A stretch of 64,000 bases of DNA from contig CAWJKZ010000012.1 of the NCBI GenBank assembly GCA_963843575.1, positions 64,001 through 128,000 on the forward strand. The letters run 5' to 3'. Source of the stretch: an uncultured Acidobacteriota bacterium (GTDB taxonomy: Bacteria; Acidobacteriota; UBA6911). A program made the position numbers and the translations under genes. The notes below the pieces were generated by a model. That model was not told the origin of the DNA. It was given only the letters and a program-made list of their open reading frames with translations, and did no database searches. Below are positions 11,206 through 20,846 of this stretch, one piece after another (within the stretch, counting starts at the first letter, position 1; each line of letters starts with the position of its first letter).

Positions 11206-12483
11206 TCAACTGCGCCTTGCGGGCTCGGCGAGGAACTCGCGCATCAAGCGCGCGGTCGAGCGGGGCAGGTCCACCTCGACGCGAATTCCGTCACCCTCGT
11301 AATACTCCGACCGCACCCGTCCGCCTGCGTGCAGCTTCGACACCAGCCCGGACCGGGCGTAAGGGATCTTGAGCTCCACCCGGATGGTAAACGCGTCCAG
11401 CGCCTCCACGACGCTCTCCACCAGGGCGTCGAGACCCGTCCCCAGCCTGGCCGAGATCAGGGTCGCGCACCCGGCGGGCGCCTGGTTGGGCGAGAGCTTA
11501 TCCGCCTTGTTGCACACGTCGATCGTGGGCGTGTTCTGGACGCCCAGCTCGTTGAGCACGTCGCGCACGGCGGCGGCCTGGTCGCGCCAGTTGGCGCTGC
11601 TCACGTCGATGACATGCAGCAGGAGGTCCGCCGCCCGCACCTCTTCGAGGGTGGCGCGGAAGGCGGCGATGATGTCGTGGGGCAGCTTGCGCACAAAGCC
11701 GACGGTATCGGAGATGATCACATCCAGGGAGTTGGGCAGGGTGACTTTGCGCAACAGCGGGTCGAGCGTGGCGAACAGCTGGCTGCTCTCAACGGTCTCG
11801 GCGCGGGTCAGTGCATTGAACAGGGTCGATTTGCCGGCGTTGGTGTATCCGACCAGGGCGATGATCGGGAGGGGGACTCCCTGTCGTTTCGCGCGCTGCA
11901 AGGTCCGGTGGGTGGCGACGCGGTCCAGGTCCCGCCGGAGCAGGGCGATCCGGTTGCGGATGCGTCGTCGATCCATCTCCAACTTGGTTTCACCGGGGCC
12001 GCGCGTCCCGATGCCGCCTCCCAGACGCGACAACATGGTTCCCTTCCCCGACAGGCGCGGCAGGAGGTAGTTGAGCTGGGCCAGTTCCACCTGCAGCTTG
12101 CCTTCGCGCGTCCGAGCTCGACGGGCGAAGATATCGAGGATGAGCTGGGTCCTGTCCAGGATCTTGCACTCGGCCTTGTTCTCCAGATGGCGTTGCTGGC
12201 CGGGCGAAAGCTCCTCGTCGAAGATGAGCAGGTCGAGCGACTCCGCTTTGACGATCTCGCGGAGTTCCTCGGCCTTGCCGCGCCCGACGAAGTAGGCGGG
12301 ATCCGGGGCCGGGCGCTCCTGCAGGGCCTCGATCAGCACCGTCGCACCCGCGGCTTCGGCAAGCGCGCGCAGCTCCTCGAGGGACTCCTCGGCCCGGGTC
12401 CGCTCCCTGCTGCTGAAAAACACACCCACGACTCCGGCCCGCTCGGACGGAAGGCGCGTGGATACGGCACGGCGATGCGTCAA
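11206..12483 (-). CDS. hflX: Ribosome-splitting GTPase HflX
   Basis: GIGTRGPGETKLE, GYTNAGKST, LFATLDP, DTVGF. Confidence 0.96.
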   Translation of the reverse strand: MTHRRAVSTRLPSERAGVVGVFFSSRERTRAEESLEELRALAEAAGATVLIEALQERPAPDPAYFVGRGKAEELREIVKAESLDLLIFDEELSPGQQRHLENKAECKILDRTQLILDIFARRARTREGKLQVELAQLNYLLPRLSGKGTMLSRLGGGIGTRGPGETKLEMDRRRIRNRIALLRRDLDRVATHRTLQRAKRQGVPLPIIALVGYTNAGKSTLFNALTRAETVESSQLFATLDPLLRKVTLPNSLDVIISDTVGFVRKLPHDIIAAFRATLEEVRAADLLLHVIDVSSANWRDQAAAVRDVLNELGVQNTPTIDVCNKADKLSPNQAPAGCATLISARLGTGLDALVESVVEALDAFTIRVELKIPYARSGLVSKLHAGGRVRSEYYEGDGIRVEVDLPRSTARLMREFLAEPARRS

Positions 12484-12534
12484 TCTGTATTTCCCTCGAT
12501 CTGCCCGACCGTTTGGCGGCAGTTGGACTCAATG

Positions 12535-12576
12535 GCGACCGCAAACTGCGTCCGGGCTGAAGCCCGGACCCACTTG
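12535..12576. repeat. REP family 1 half-element
   Basis: gcgaccgcaaactgcgtccgggctgaagcccggacccacttg, nearly identical to 15162..15203. Confidence 0.8.
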
Positions 12577-12583
12577 TTGTTTT

Positions 12584-12805
12584 TCAGGCCGGCGGCTCCG
12601 GAGGGGCGGCCTCGGGCCGTGGGGCCGGTTTGCCCGCCTGGTCGAAGCCACCCAGGCCGCGGCAGTTTGCGCACTTCCCGCTACCGTGCGGGAAACAGGA
12701 CGTGCACGGCTTCCCCTTTTGCAGCGCGAGGCGCCCGGTCCCTTTGCAGACGTGGCAGATCCCGGTCCCCTTGCAGTGAGAGCACTTGCGATACGTCTCG
12801 GTCAT
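12584..12805 (-). CDS. Small DnaJ-type zinc-finger protein (73 aa)
   Basis: CSHCKGTG, CHVCKGTG, CTSC..HGSG, CANCRGLG; GGAG upstream. Confidence 0.75.
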   Translation of the reverse strand: MTETYRKCSHCKGTGICHVCKGTGRLALQKGKPCTSCFPHGSGKCANCRGLGGFDQAGKPAPRPEAAPPEPPA

Positions 12806-12824
12806 TCGATTCTCCCGCCCCTGG

Positions 12825-13646
12825 TTATGTCTGGCAGCCGGGGCAATAGTACGAACTTCGATTCCCCTGCCGCAGCCTGCGGATCCCTGATCGGCACCGC
12901 CGGCACGGTTCACCCTCGCGCTGAAAGACGCGCAGGTAGCTCTGGTGCGACCCGCGCTCCCCTCCGGGATCCATGAAGTCGGAAAACGTGGTTCCCCGGT
13001 GCCCGATCGCGGCGCGCAAGACCCTTCGCACCGCCCGCGCCAGCTGCGCCACTTCCTGCGTGGTCAGGGTGCGGCACCGTCGCCCCGGATGCACGCCCGC
13101 GTGATAGAGCACCTCGCACGCGTAGATGTTCCCCAGCCCGGCGATCCGCTTCTGGTCGAGGAGGAACAACTTGATCTCCTGGCCGCTGTCGCGCAGCTGG
13201 CCTCCCAGCCAGGTCGCGCTGAACCCCGGCCCCAGCGGATTCCGCCCCAGGCATTTTAACTCGGGTATGTCCCGGAGCGCGTCGACTTCGTACGCGGAGA
13301 GAAGGCCGAACCTGCGGTGGTCGGTGTAGTGGAGTTCGGTCCCGTCGCGGAAGTGCAGGATGGCATGCGTGTGGCTGGCCGCCCCGGCCGCGTTGTTTCG
13401 GACAAAGATGCGCCCGCTCATCCCGAGGTGAATGAGCAGAAACAGACGCGGTTCGAGCTCGGCGATCAGGTACTTGCCCCGGCGATGAATCCGCACGAAA
13501 GTCCGGCCCCTGAGTTTCGAGGCGAAATCCGCGGCGATCGGCCGCCTGAGGGCGTGCCCCGAGAGGGTGACGGATTCGACCTGTCGCCCGATCAGCGCTT
13601 TGCGCAGGGACCTCGCGATCGTTTCGACTTCGGGCATTTCAGGCAT
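12825..13646 (-). CDS. mutM: Formamidopyrimidine-DNA glycosylase
   Basis: PEMPEVET N-terminus, RRGKYL, HLGMSG, AGLGNIYACE, C-terminal CxxC...CxxC zinc finger. Confidence 0.95.
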   Translation of the reverse strand: MPEMPEVETIARSLRKALIGRQVESVTLSGHALRRPIAADFASKLRGRTFVRIHRRGKYLIAELEPRLFLLIHLGMSGRIFVRNNAAGAASHTHAILHFRDGTELHYTDHRRFGLLSAYEVDALRDIPELKCLGRNPLGPGFSATWLGGQLRDSGQEIKLFLLDQKRIAGLGNIYACEVLYHAGVHPGRRCRTLTTQEVAQLARAVRRVLRAAIGHRGTTFSDFMDPGGERGSHQSYLRVFQREGEPCRRCRSGIRRLRQGNRSSYYCPGCQT

Positions 13647-13654
13647 AGGTCGTT

Positions 13655-14962
13655 TCAGTCCGCAGGCAAAACGTCCATGAACGAAGAGACGGAAAACACA
13701 GCCCGCCCCAGCCCGGCTTCGCCGTAGCCCGGCATGGGGGGAAGGCGGTGTCGGGCGCGAGCGTTGCGGTACACACGCAGGAGCCGGACGTGGTACTCGA
13801 GCGGCGCCCCCTCCTGGTTCCTCCCAAGGACGCTGAGCGGCTCCGGGCACCACGTCGTGAACCGGGGGGACACGCCGTGGCTCATGAAGAAATCCAGGCC
13901 TTCGGAGGTGGAGGCGATCGCTTCGTCGACCGTGCCGAAACCATCGGGCGCCGCCATTTCAATCCCGGCGACGAAATTCGGGATGACCCTCGATGGTCCG
14001 AACACCGTCGCCGCGTCCAGGATGCGCCGGATCCATTCGTCGCGCCCGATGGTCCGCGCCTTACCCGCGCAGTAGATCTCAAACAACCGCTTGTCCCAGA
14101 TCTCGTAGTTCGGGTGATAGATCTGAACCCCGGCGTCCCGCAGCCGGTTCACCTGGTCCTTCGGCAGCGCCTGCACCACGACCTTGCTGATCCACCTGCG
14201 CGGGAAGCGCCTCTCGATCGCTTCGGGGTAGCGGGCGTAAAACTCCACTTCGGACTTGCCCTCGAGCGTCGCAGTGATGCTCCCGCCGGTGACCGTGTAC
14301 GCTTTGCTTTCGGAGTCGGTTTCCGAGATGATCTCGAGCGCCTCTACGATCTCCGCGACCGACTTCACCGAGGTGTACGGCCGGCCGGATAGTTTCTGCT
14401 GCCGGTAATTGGCATTGATGTCGCAAAACTGGCATTCCTCCCTGGCCCCGAAATACTGGCACAGGCGAAACGCCGTCAGGTAGAGGAGGTAGCCCCACTC
14501 GATCGTGGGAGCGATGTCCATGATGGGCTTCCCGCTGGCGAGGGTGCGCCCGTAATAGGCGGGGGAATTCTGCAGTTCCACGTCGGCGACGGCCTTGCCC
14601 TCGAGCTGGAGCCGCAGCGTTCCCTCCACGCACTCTATCCGGTACGGGGAGGCCGGGTTGAGCCGCACCGAGACGACCACCGGCTGAAAACGGAAGGGCC
14701 CGCCGACCAGACGGATTTCCTCGGGCGCGCTGTTGCTCTCGTCCTGTCCCATCTGCGCGATGGGCACCATGTCGAACGAAAAGATGAAGTAAGCCTTGCG
14801 CTTGAACCCTGCCGCCACCGCCAGCGCCTCACGCGACCAACCCATGCCGCGACGCAGCAAGTCTTCCTTGAATATCGCCTCAACCGGGATGTCGGGATAG
14901 CGTTCGGCCAGATCCTCGACAGCGGCCAGAGCCCCAATTTGCGGTTTAGAACCCGAGAGCAT
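13655..14962 (-). CDS. Radical SAM protein of unknown function, atypical Cx8Cx2C motif
   Basis: CQYFGAREECQFC, TVTGG, YHPNYEIWD. Confidence 0.85.
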   Translation of the reverse strand: MLSGSKPQIGALAAVEDLAERYPDIPVEAIFKEDLLRRGMGWSREALAVAAGFKRKAYFIFSFDMVPIAQMGQDESNSAPEEIRLVGGPFRFQPVVVSVRLNPASPYRIECVEGTLRLQLEGKAVADVELQNSPAYYGRTLASGKPIMDIAPTIEWGYLLYLTAFRLCQYFGAREECQFCDINANYRQQKLSGRPYTSVKSVAEIVEALEIISETDSESKAYTVTGGSITATLEGKSEVEFYARYPEAIERRFPRRWISKVVVQALPKDQVNRLRDAGVQIYHPNYEIWDKRLFEIYCAGKARTIGRDEWIRRILDAATVFGPSRVIPNFVAGIEMAAPDGFGTVDEAIASTSEGLDFFMSHGVSPRFTTWCPEPLSVLGRNQEGAPLEYHVRLLRVYRNARARHRLPPMPGYGEAGLGRAVFSVSSFMDVLPAD

Positions 14963-15093
14963 CTGGATAATCTAACATATCTGCGAAGTGCGGCGGCCCC
15001 AACCGGTTCTTTCGCGCATAACAAGGCGCAGCCCAAGTGAGTCAGGGCTGAAGAGGTTGTCCAACGGTTGAACCGCCCGCCCTGCCCGTAAAA

Positions 15094-15203
15094 CAAGTGG
15101 GGCCGGGCTTCAGCCCGGACGTCTTTTGATCTCATCTATGTGGCGACGGGCGCACGTTATAGCGACCGCAAACAGCGTCCGGGCTGAAGCCCGAACCCAC
15201 TTG
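15094..15203. repeat. REPIN (two inverted REP family 1 units)
   Basis: caagtggggccgggcttcagcccggacg ... cgtccgggctgaagcccgaacccacttg. Confidence 0.85.
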
Positions 15204-15227
15204 GGTTGAGGTGGGGCGGGAGTGGCT

Positions 15228-15578
15228 CTACAGGTCGTCAACGGGACCGTCAGCCGAGCCGGTGTCTGCTTCCTGGGCCGCCTCGTCCGCGAGCTGGTCG
15301 ATGTCCTCCCCCACGTCCTCGCCCATTTCCTTCCCCATCTTCTTCATCCACCGGGCCACGCTGGAGGGATCGTTCTCATCGAGGCCGGAGAAGCTGCCGG
15401 GATCGGCCAGCGACTCGAGCCGTTTTTCCTCGGACTTGGGCATGGCGAAACGCGAGAACAGCTGCTCGAGTTCGCGGCCCTGGCAATACTTGCAGCGCGG
15501 CTCGAAGGACGACGGGGTCAGGACCAGGAAACTCATTTTTCGCCGGCACGTCAGACAGCGGTATTCATAGATAGGCAT
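15228..15578 (-). CDS. FmdB family zinc-ribbon protein
   Basis: MPIYEYRCLTC...CKYC, acidic C-terminus. Confidence 0.88.
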   Translation of the reverse strand: MPIYEYRCLTCRRKMSFLVLTPSSFEPRCKYCQGRELEQLFSRFAMPKSEEKRLESLADPGSFSGLDENDPSSVARWMKKMGKEMGEDVGEDIDQLADEAAQEADTGSADGPVDDL

Positions 15579-15618
15579 CATCGCACCCTGTGAAAACGTG
15601 AGACTCGCACGCCGAAAC

Positions 15619-15861
15619 TCAGGCGGGGGGCGCGCCCTGGGCCGCGACCGCCTCGTCGATCTCCGCAGGATCGAAACCGACCAGTACCTTGTCGCCGATG
15701 ATAAGGGCCGGCGTGGCCATGATCTTCAGCCGCTGGAGTTCGCGGATGGCACCGGGCGTGGTGCGAATGTTGATTTCTTCGAACGGCACTCCTTTTTGCG
15801 ACAGATACTCCGTCGCGAGGTGGCAGGAGGGTCAGCCGGGTTGCGTGTATATCTTGACCAT
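15619..15861 (-). CDS. Glutaredoxin/NrdH-like selenoprotein (UxxC; TGA codon 10 = Sec)
   Basis: Read through TGA: MVKIYTQPGUPSCHLATEYLSQKGVPFEEINIRTTPGAIRELQRLKIMATPALIIGDKVLVGFDPAEIDEAVAAQGAPPA*; full Grx fold, GGAGG RBS. Confidence 0.88.
15798..15816 (-). promoter_or_regulatory. Putative bacterial SECIS hairpin
   Basis: mRNA GCGACGGA-GUA-UCUGUCGC: 8-bp stem starting 15 nt after UGA, apical loop containing G. Confidence 0.65.
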
Positions 15862-15898
15862 TCCCGAATCCTCCATTCGATGGGTACTCCCCGGCGGC

Positions 15899-15907
15899 AT
15901 TTTACCA
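15899..15907 (-). promoter_or_regulatory. Extended -10 promoter (TGGTAAAAT) for the glutaredoxin gene
   Basis: TGnTAAAAT match about 40 nt upstream of the ATG. Confidence 0.5.
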
Positions 15908-15925
15908 TGGGATTTCCGCCCGGGT

Positions 15926-16417
15926 TCAGTCCCGGCGCCTGTAGTTCCCGCTCTTCCCGCCGCTCTTGGCGCGCAGCCGGATCCGCTCGATGGAGGCGCC
16001 GCGTTCGACGGCCTTGACCATGTCATAGAGCGTCAGCGCGGCGACGGACACGGCGGTCAGCGCCTCCATCTCGGCGCCCGTCGGGCCATGGCAGGACACG
16101 GTAGACACGAACTTCACCCCGCGGGCCTGTGGCTCCGCCTGCACGTCTACGTGTGTCAAATGGAGGGGGTGACAAAGCGGGATGAGCTCGGACGCCCGCT
16201 TGGCGGCCATGATCCCCGCGAGCCGCGCCGTCTCGATCGCGTCCCCCTTGGGCAACCGTCCTCTGGCGACGAGCCTCAGGGTATCCGCCGAAAGGCGGAC
16301 GAAGCCCTCCGCGAGGGCGCGACGCGCGGTCGCCCCTTTTTCCGAAACGTCGACCATGTGCGCCCGGCCCTCCGCGTCGAGGTGGCTCAATGACTGCGAT
16401 GGCTTGCGTCTGCTCAT
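15926..16417 (-). CDS. moaC: Cyclic pyranopterin monophosphate synthase MoaC
   Basis: [42 protein letters not shown]. Confidence 0.96.
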   Translation of the reverse strand: MSRRKPSQSLSHLDAEGRAHMVDVSEKGATARRALAEGFVRLSADTLRLVARGRLPKGDAIETARLAGIMAAKRASELIPLCHPLHLTHVDVQAEPQARGVKFVSTVSCHGPTGAEMEALTAVSVAALTLYDMVKAVERGASIERIRLRAKSGGKSGNYRRRD

Positions 16418-16425
16418 AGGGTCGG

Positions 16426-17649
16426 TCACCCGCGCCGGCGCTGGAAAAAATCGGGGAGGAGCATGGCTTCCACGGTCTCGCCCTGATCCATCGAGGCCCG
16501 CTCGCCCGGGAAAATGACCGTGGCGTTGCCGCGCGCGAACCCGATGATGTCCCCCGATCCGCGCCACTTCACGGGGTCCACCGTCCAGGTATCCTTCTCG
16601 AGTGTGACCCACGCCGGCAGGAACGCGGTGCGGCCCGGGAGCTGTCGCATCCCGCGGGTCAGTGTCCCCCGGATTCTCGGCAGGTCCGGGTTGGCCAGGC
16701 CGCACAGCCGTCCAAGTGCCGGGCGGACGAAGTTCTCGAACGCGACGAAGGACGACACGGGATTGCCCGGCAGTCCGAACACCAGCTTACCCGTTGCGGT
16801 AGCGAAGACGGTCGGCTTCCCCGGTTTCATCGAGACCCGGTCGAAACGGATCTGCAGGCCGCACTCGGCAAAGGTGGCTTTGACCAGATCGTATTCTCCC
16901 ATCGACACGCCGCCGGTCGCCAGGAGGACGTCAGATTTCAGCCCCTCCTGGATCCGGGCGCGCAGGTGCTTCCGTTCGTCGCGGGCGATGCCGAGGTACT
17001 CGGGGCATATGCCCAGCGTGGCCAGCTGCCCGCGCAGCGAGAACGCATTCGAGTTCCGGATCTGCCCGGGCCCCGGGGTCTGCCCCGGCTCCACGAGCTC
17101 GTCTCCGGTCACGAGGACGGCCACCGTCGGACGCGCCCAGACGGGTACGCGCGCCCAGCCGAAGATCGCAAGGACAGCCATTTCGGCGGCGCCGATGATG
17201 CGCCCGGGCTCGATCAGGACGTCGCCTTCGAGGGCTTCGTGTCCTGCGGGCGTGACGTTGTCCCCGGGGGCCACGGCCTTCAGGATTACCACGGAGCCGG
17301 CCGCCTCCCCCGGCCGGGTCTGCTCGACCATCTGAACGGCGTCGGCGCCTTCGGGAACGGGTGCGCCCGTGTAGATCGCCATCGCCTCGCCCGCCGCCAC
17401 GGCCCGCGGCGGTTCCGTCCCGGCTCGCACCTCGCCGACGATACGGAGGGTGGCCGGGAGGACCGCGAGGTCTTCCGAGCGAAGCGCAAAACCGTCCATC
17501 GCCGAACGCCGGAATGGCGGCACATTCGACGTGGCGACGACGGACGTCGCCAGGACCCTGCCCGCGGCCTCCCGCAAGGGCACTTCCTCGAAACGGCGCT
17601 CCGGCAGGTTGCCGAGGACGATTTCCCTGGCCTGTTCGATCGTGATCAC
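16426..17649 (-). CDS. moeA: Molybdopterin molybdotransferase MoeA
   Basis: [44 protein letters not shown]. Confidence 0.95.
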   Translation of the reverse strand: MITIEQAREIVLGNLPERRFEEVPLREAAGRVLATSVVATSNVPPFRRSAMDGFALRSEDLAVLPATLRIVGEVRAGTEPPRAVAAGEAMAIYTGAPVPEGADAVQMVEQTRPGEAAGSVVILKAVAPGDNVTPAGHEALEGDVLIEPGRIIGAAEMAVLAIFGWARVPVWARPTVAVLVTGDELVEPGQTPGPGQIRNSNAFSLRGQLATLGICPEYLGIARDERKHLRARIQEGLKSDVLLATGGVSMGEYDLVKATFAECGLQIRFDRVSMKPGKPTVFATATGKLVFGLPGNPVSSFVAFENFVRPALGRLCGLANPDLPRIRGTLTRGMRQLPGRTAFLPAWVTLEKDTWTVDPVKWRGSGDIIGFARGNATVIFPGERASMDQGETVEAMLLPDFFQRRRG

Positions 17650-17683
17650 AGGAACCTTCCAGCCGGATGTCGGGAGCGCGCGC

Positions 17684-20110
17684 TCAAGACTTCTGCTCCG
17701 GTTCGCGGGCGAAGTCCTTCATCTTTTCGGCGTACGACTGCAGTTTTTTCTCGACCAGATAGTGCACGCTCCCTTCGGGATATCGCCCGTCCACGCGCGC
17801 GCCCGCAGGGACGCCGGTCAGCAACTCGATCCCCTGGTCGACGGTCTTGACGGCGTAGATGTGAAAGCAGCCGCCTCGCACGGCTTCGACGACGTCCGGG
17901 CGGAGCATCAGGTTGCGCGCGTTTTGCCCGGGTATCATGACGCCCTGTTCCCCCGTCAGGCCGCCGTCCTTGCAGACGTCGAAAAAACCCTCGATCTTCT
18001 GGTTGACGCCGCCGATGGGCTGGATCTCTCCGTGCTGGTTGACCGACCCCGTCACCGCGATGCCCTGCCGGAGCGGCAACCCGGAGAGACTGGAGAGGAT
18101 TGCATAGATCTCGGTCGACGAGGCGCTGTCGCCGTCCACCCCTTCGTACGACTGCTCAAAGCAGAGGCTGGCGGACAGCGTGAGCGGCCGCTCCTGCGCA
18201 TACTTGGCCCCCAGGTAACCGCCCAGGATGAGCACCCCCTTTTCGTAGATCCTGCCGCTCATCTTGGCTTCGCGCTCGATGTCGACGACCCCGGCCTTGC
18301 CCATGAACGTCTTGGCGGTGATGCGCGACGGTTTGCCAAACCGGATGTCCCCCAGGTCGAGCACCGCGAGTCCATTCACCTGTCCCACCGCGCTTCCGGT
18401 GGTGTCGACCATGATCAGTCCGCTGGTGATCATCTCGCGCACGCGGTCCTCGATCAGGTTGGACCGGAAGCACTTCTCCTCCTCCGCGCGATGCACGTGC
18501 CGCGCGGAGACGATCTCGCCGCCGTCGATTCCGGCCCAGTAGCTGGCCTCGCGCACGATGTCGGCCACGTCGCTGAAACGGGCGGAGAGCTTTTCCTGAT
18601 CGTCGATGAGCCGTGCGCCGTACTCCGCCACGGCGGCGACCGCGGAGGCGTCGAAGTGGCGCAGTCCCTCGTCGCGGCAGCGCGTGCCGATGAAGGCGGC
18701 GTAGTCCAGCAGCGCCTTTTCCGACCGGTCCATCTCGGCGTCGAAGTCGGCCTTGACCTTGAAGATCTTCCGAAACTCCTCGTCGGCCCCGTACAGCAAG
18801 TGATAGATCCACTGGTTGCCGATCATGATCACCTTGACGTCGGCCGGCACGGGGCTCGGGCTCATCCCTGCCACCGCTATGATGCCGCTCTGCTCGCCCA
18901 GGTCTTCAATCCGGACCTCTTTGTTCTTCACCGTGCGTTTCAGCGTCTCCCACACCCCGACGTTGATCAGCGCGTCGTGCGCGTTGATCACCAGGAATCC
19001 GCCGTTGGCCTTGAGGTAGGATCCCGCCCGCACTGTGCTGAAATCCGCCAGCAGGGTGCCGAACTGCGCCCGCCGCTCCACGCGGCCGAACAGGTTGTAG
19101 TAGGTGGGATTGGTCTCGATCACCACGGGAGCGCCGCGCACGTTGGTGTTGTCGACCACCACGTTCACCCTGTATTTCAAGAACAGGTCGGGCTCCGGCT
19201 CGAGCTTGAGCTGCGCGGCGGCGGAGCCCTCCTGCTTCTGCTCCTCCTGGAAGTCCTCGAGGTGCGACAGGATGTAGGCCTCGACGTCTTCGAGGTACGA
19301 GATCACCTTGGAGAGCCCTGGGTACTCTTCCCGGATGCCCTCGAGCTTGTTGCCAACCACGTAGCCGCCCACGCGCCGGTGTAGGTCGGCGACCTTCTGG
19401 CGGCTCTCTTTGTTGACCTCGCGCACCTGCCGCAGGAAGGAGTTGATCTCCTCCTGAAACTCGGCACGGCGGCGCTCGATCTCCTGCTTGGCCTGGTCGT
19501 CGAGCTGCTCGTACTGCTCGGGCGGGAGCGCCCGGCCCTGCGACAGGGGGACCAGCGTGACCCCGACCTTGGACATTTCGATCGCGAGCCCCTGCCGGCG
19601 GGCCTTCTCCGACAGCCGCTTGTAGAGCGCCTGCTGCTGCTCCTGGTTCTCCGCGATGATCGCGCCCATGCTCTGCTCGTACTCTTTCGACTCGAAGGCT
19701 TTGGGGATCTCCGCCTTCACATAGCGCACGAGCTCGTCCATTTCGCTGCGCAGCGCCTTGGCCCGGCCGGCAGGGAGGTTGATGGCGACCGGCGCGGCGG
19801 GATCGCGGAAGTTGTGCACGTAGCACCAATCGTCGGGCGTGGGCATGGTCGCGGCAATTTCGTCCAGAAACAGCTTTATGACCGTGGTCTTGCCCGTGCC
19901 GGTCAGACCGCTCACGTAGATGTTGTAGCCGGGCGAGGTGATGTCGAGCCCGAACCGGATGGCCCGGACAGGCCGGTCCTGCTCCACCAGCCCCTTGAGC
20001 GGCGGGATATCCGCCGTCGACGCGAAGGCAAAGACTGCCGGGTCGCACGTCCAGCGCAGACGATCCGCGGAAAGTTCAAGTTCGCCAGAAGACATCCGCT
20101 TCCTCCTCAC
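17684..20110 (-). CDS. Lon-like (LonC/AAA_32) ATP-dependent protease, S16 family
   Basis: GLTGTGKTT, GQVNGLAV, VDGDSAS catalytic Ser, IGGVNQKIEGF Lys; start may be ATG near 20095. Confidence 0.92.
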   Translation of the reverse strand: MRRKRMSSGELELSADRLRWTCDPAVFAFASTADIPPLKGLVEQDRPVRAIRFGLDITSPGYNIYVSGLTGTGKTTVIKLFLDEIAATMPTPDDWCYVHNFRDPAAPVAINLPAGRAKALRSEMDELVRYVKAEIPKAFESKEYEQSMGAIIAENQEQQQALYKRLSEKARRQGLAIEMSKVGVTLVPLSQGRALPPEQYEQLDDQAKQEIERRRAEFQEEINSFLRQVREVNKESRQKVADLHRRVGGYVVGNKLEGIREEYPGLSKVISYLEDVEAYILSHLEDFQEEQKQEGSAAAQLKLEPEPDLFLKYRVNVVVDNTNVRGAPVVIETNPTYYNLFGRVERRAQFGTLLADFSTVRAGSYLKANGGFLVINAHDALINVGVWETLKRTVKNKEVRIEDLGEQSGIIAVAGMSPSPVPADVKVIMIGNQWIYHLLYGADEEFRKIFKVKADFDAEMDRSEKALLDYAAFIGTRCRDEGLRHFDASAVAAVAEYGARLIDDQEKLSARFSDVADIVREASYWAGIDGGEIVSARHVHRAEEEKCFRSNLIEDRVREMITSGLIMVDTTGSAVGQVNGLAVLDLGDIRFGKPSRITAKTFMGKAGVVDIEREAKMSGRIYEKGVLILGGYLGAKYAQERPLTLSASLCFEQSYEGVDGDSASSTEIYAILSSLSGLPLRQGIAVTGSVNQHGEIQPIGGVNQKIEGFFDVCKDGGLTGEQGVMIPGQNARNLMLRPDVVEAVRGGCFHIYAVKTVDQGIELLTGVPAGARVDGRYPEGSVHYLVEKKLQSYAEKMKDFAREPEQKS

Positions 20111-20192
20111 GTGGACTGGGGACCCGTCGGGTCTCCGGGTAAGCTGATCCCGGGGGATCCGAAGACGCGGGCGATCCCGGAATCGTGCCGCT

Positions 20193-20675
20193 TCAGCGCT
20201 TGTACCCTATATTTCTCAGGAAGTCCTTCCGGGCCCTGACATCGGGCTCCGTTTCCACCCCGCGCGGCGGGAAGCCGTCCACGACCCCTAGCACCCCCCG
20301 CCCCTGCTCGGTCTCGATCACGACGACCTCGAGCGGATTGGCGGTGGCGCAGAAGACCCGGCAGACCTCCGGACACCCCTTGATCGCGTTGAGCACGTTG
20401 ATGGGGAAAGCCTCTTTCAGAAGCACGACGAACGTGTGGCCGGCGCCCAGGCTCATCGCGTTCTCGGCAGCCGCCCTCTTCAGCGTCTCGTCGTTGCCCT
20501 CCACCCGGATCAGGCACGGTCCGGAAGCTTCCGAAAACGCCAGCCCGAACTGAACCTGGGGACAGCCACAAACCACGGCTTCGTAAAGGTCTTCGGCGGT
20601 CTTGATGAAGTGGCTCTGCCCGACGACGATGTTGCATCCTTCGGGGATCGAAAGTCTGACGATCTTGAGTTCCAT
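20193..20675 (-). CDS. Adenosine-specific kinase family protein (DUF355)
   Basis: [41 protein letters not shown]. Confidence 0.9.
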   Translation of the reverse strand: MELKIVRLSIPEGCNIVVGQSHFIKTAEDLYEAVVCGCPQVQFGLAFSEASGPCLIRVEGNDETLKRAAAENAMSLGAGHTFVVLLKEAFPINVLNAIKGCPEVCRVFCATANPLEVVVIETEQGRGVLGVVDGFPPRGVETEPDVRARKDFLRNIGYKR

Positions 20676-20846
20676 GGCGCGGGCCTCGAGGTTGCCGAGT
20701 GTGATGCCGTGGTTTATACTACGCTAACACGTCCGGAACACTGGTCGGGATTTTAACATTAATCAGGTTGCGGGCCCGGGACGCGGGTCGCGCCCAACCC
20801 GGCCTTCTGCAGTGTCATCTGCGTCCGCTGCGTCTGAAATGAAACT

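Noticed and set aside
17450-19384. Long antisense or alternate-frame ORFs (also 39945..42302, 58512..61400, 36064..38457, 54350..56683)
   Set aside because: Shadow ORFs of real genes, expected at high GC; no recognisable motifs.
20676-20846. glmS ribozyme upstream of glmS
   Set aside because: The conserved AGCGCC...GACGAG core is not recognisable, and the leader is short.
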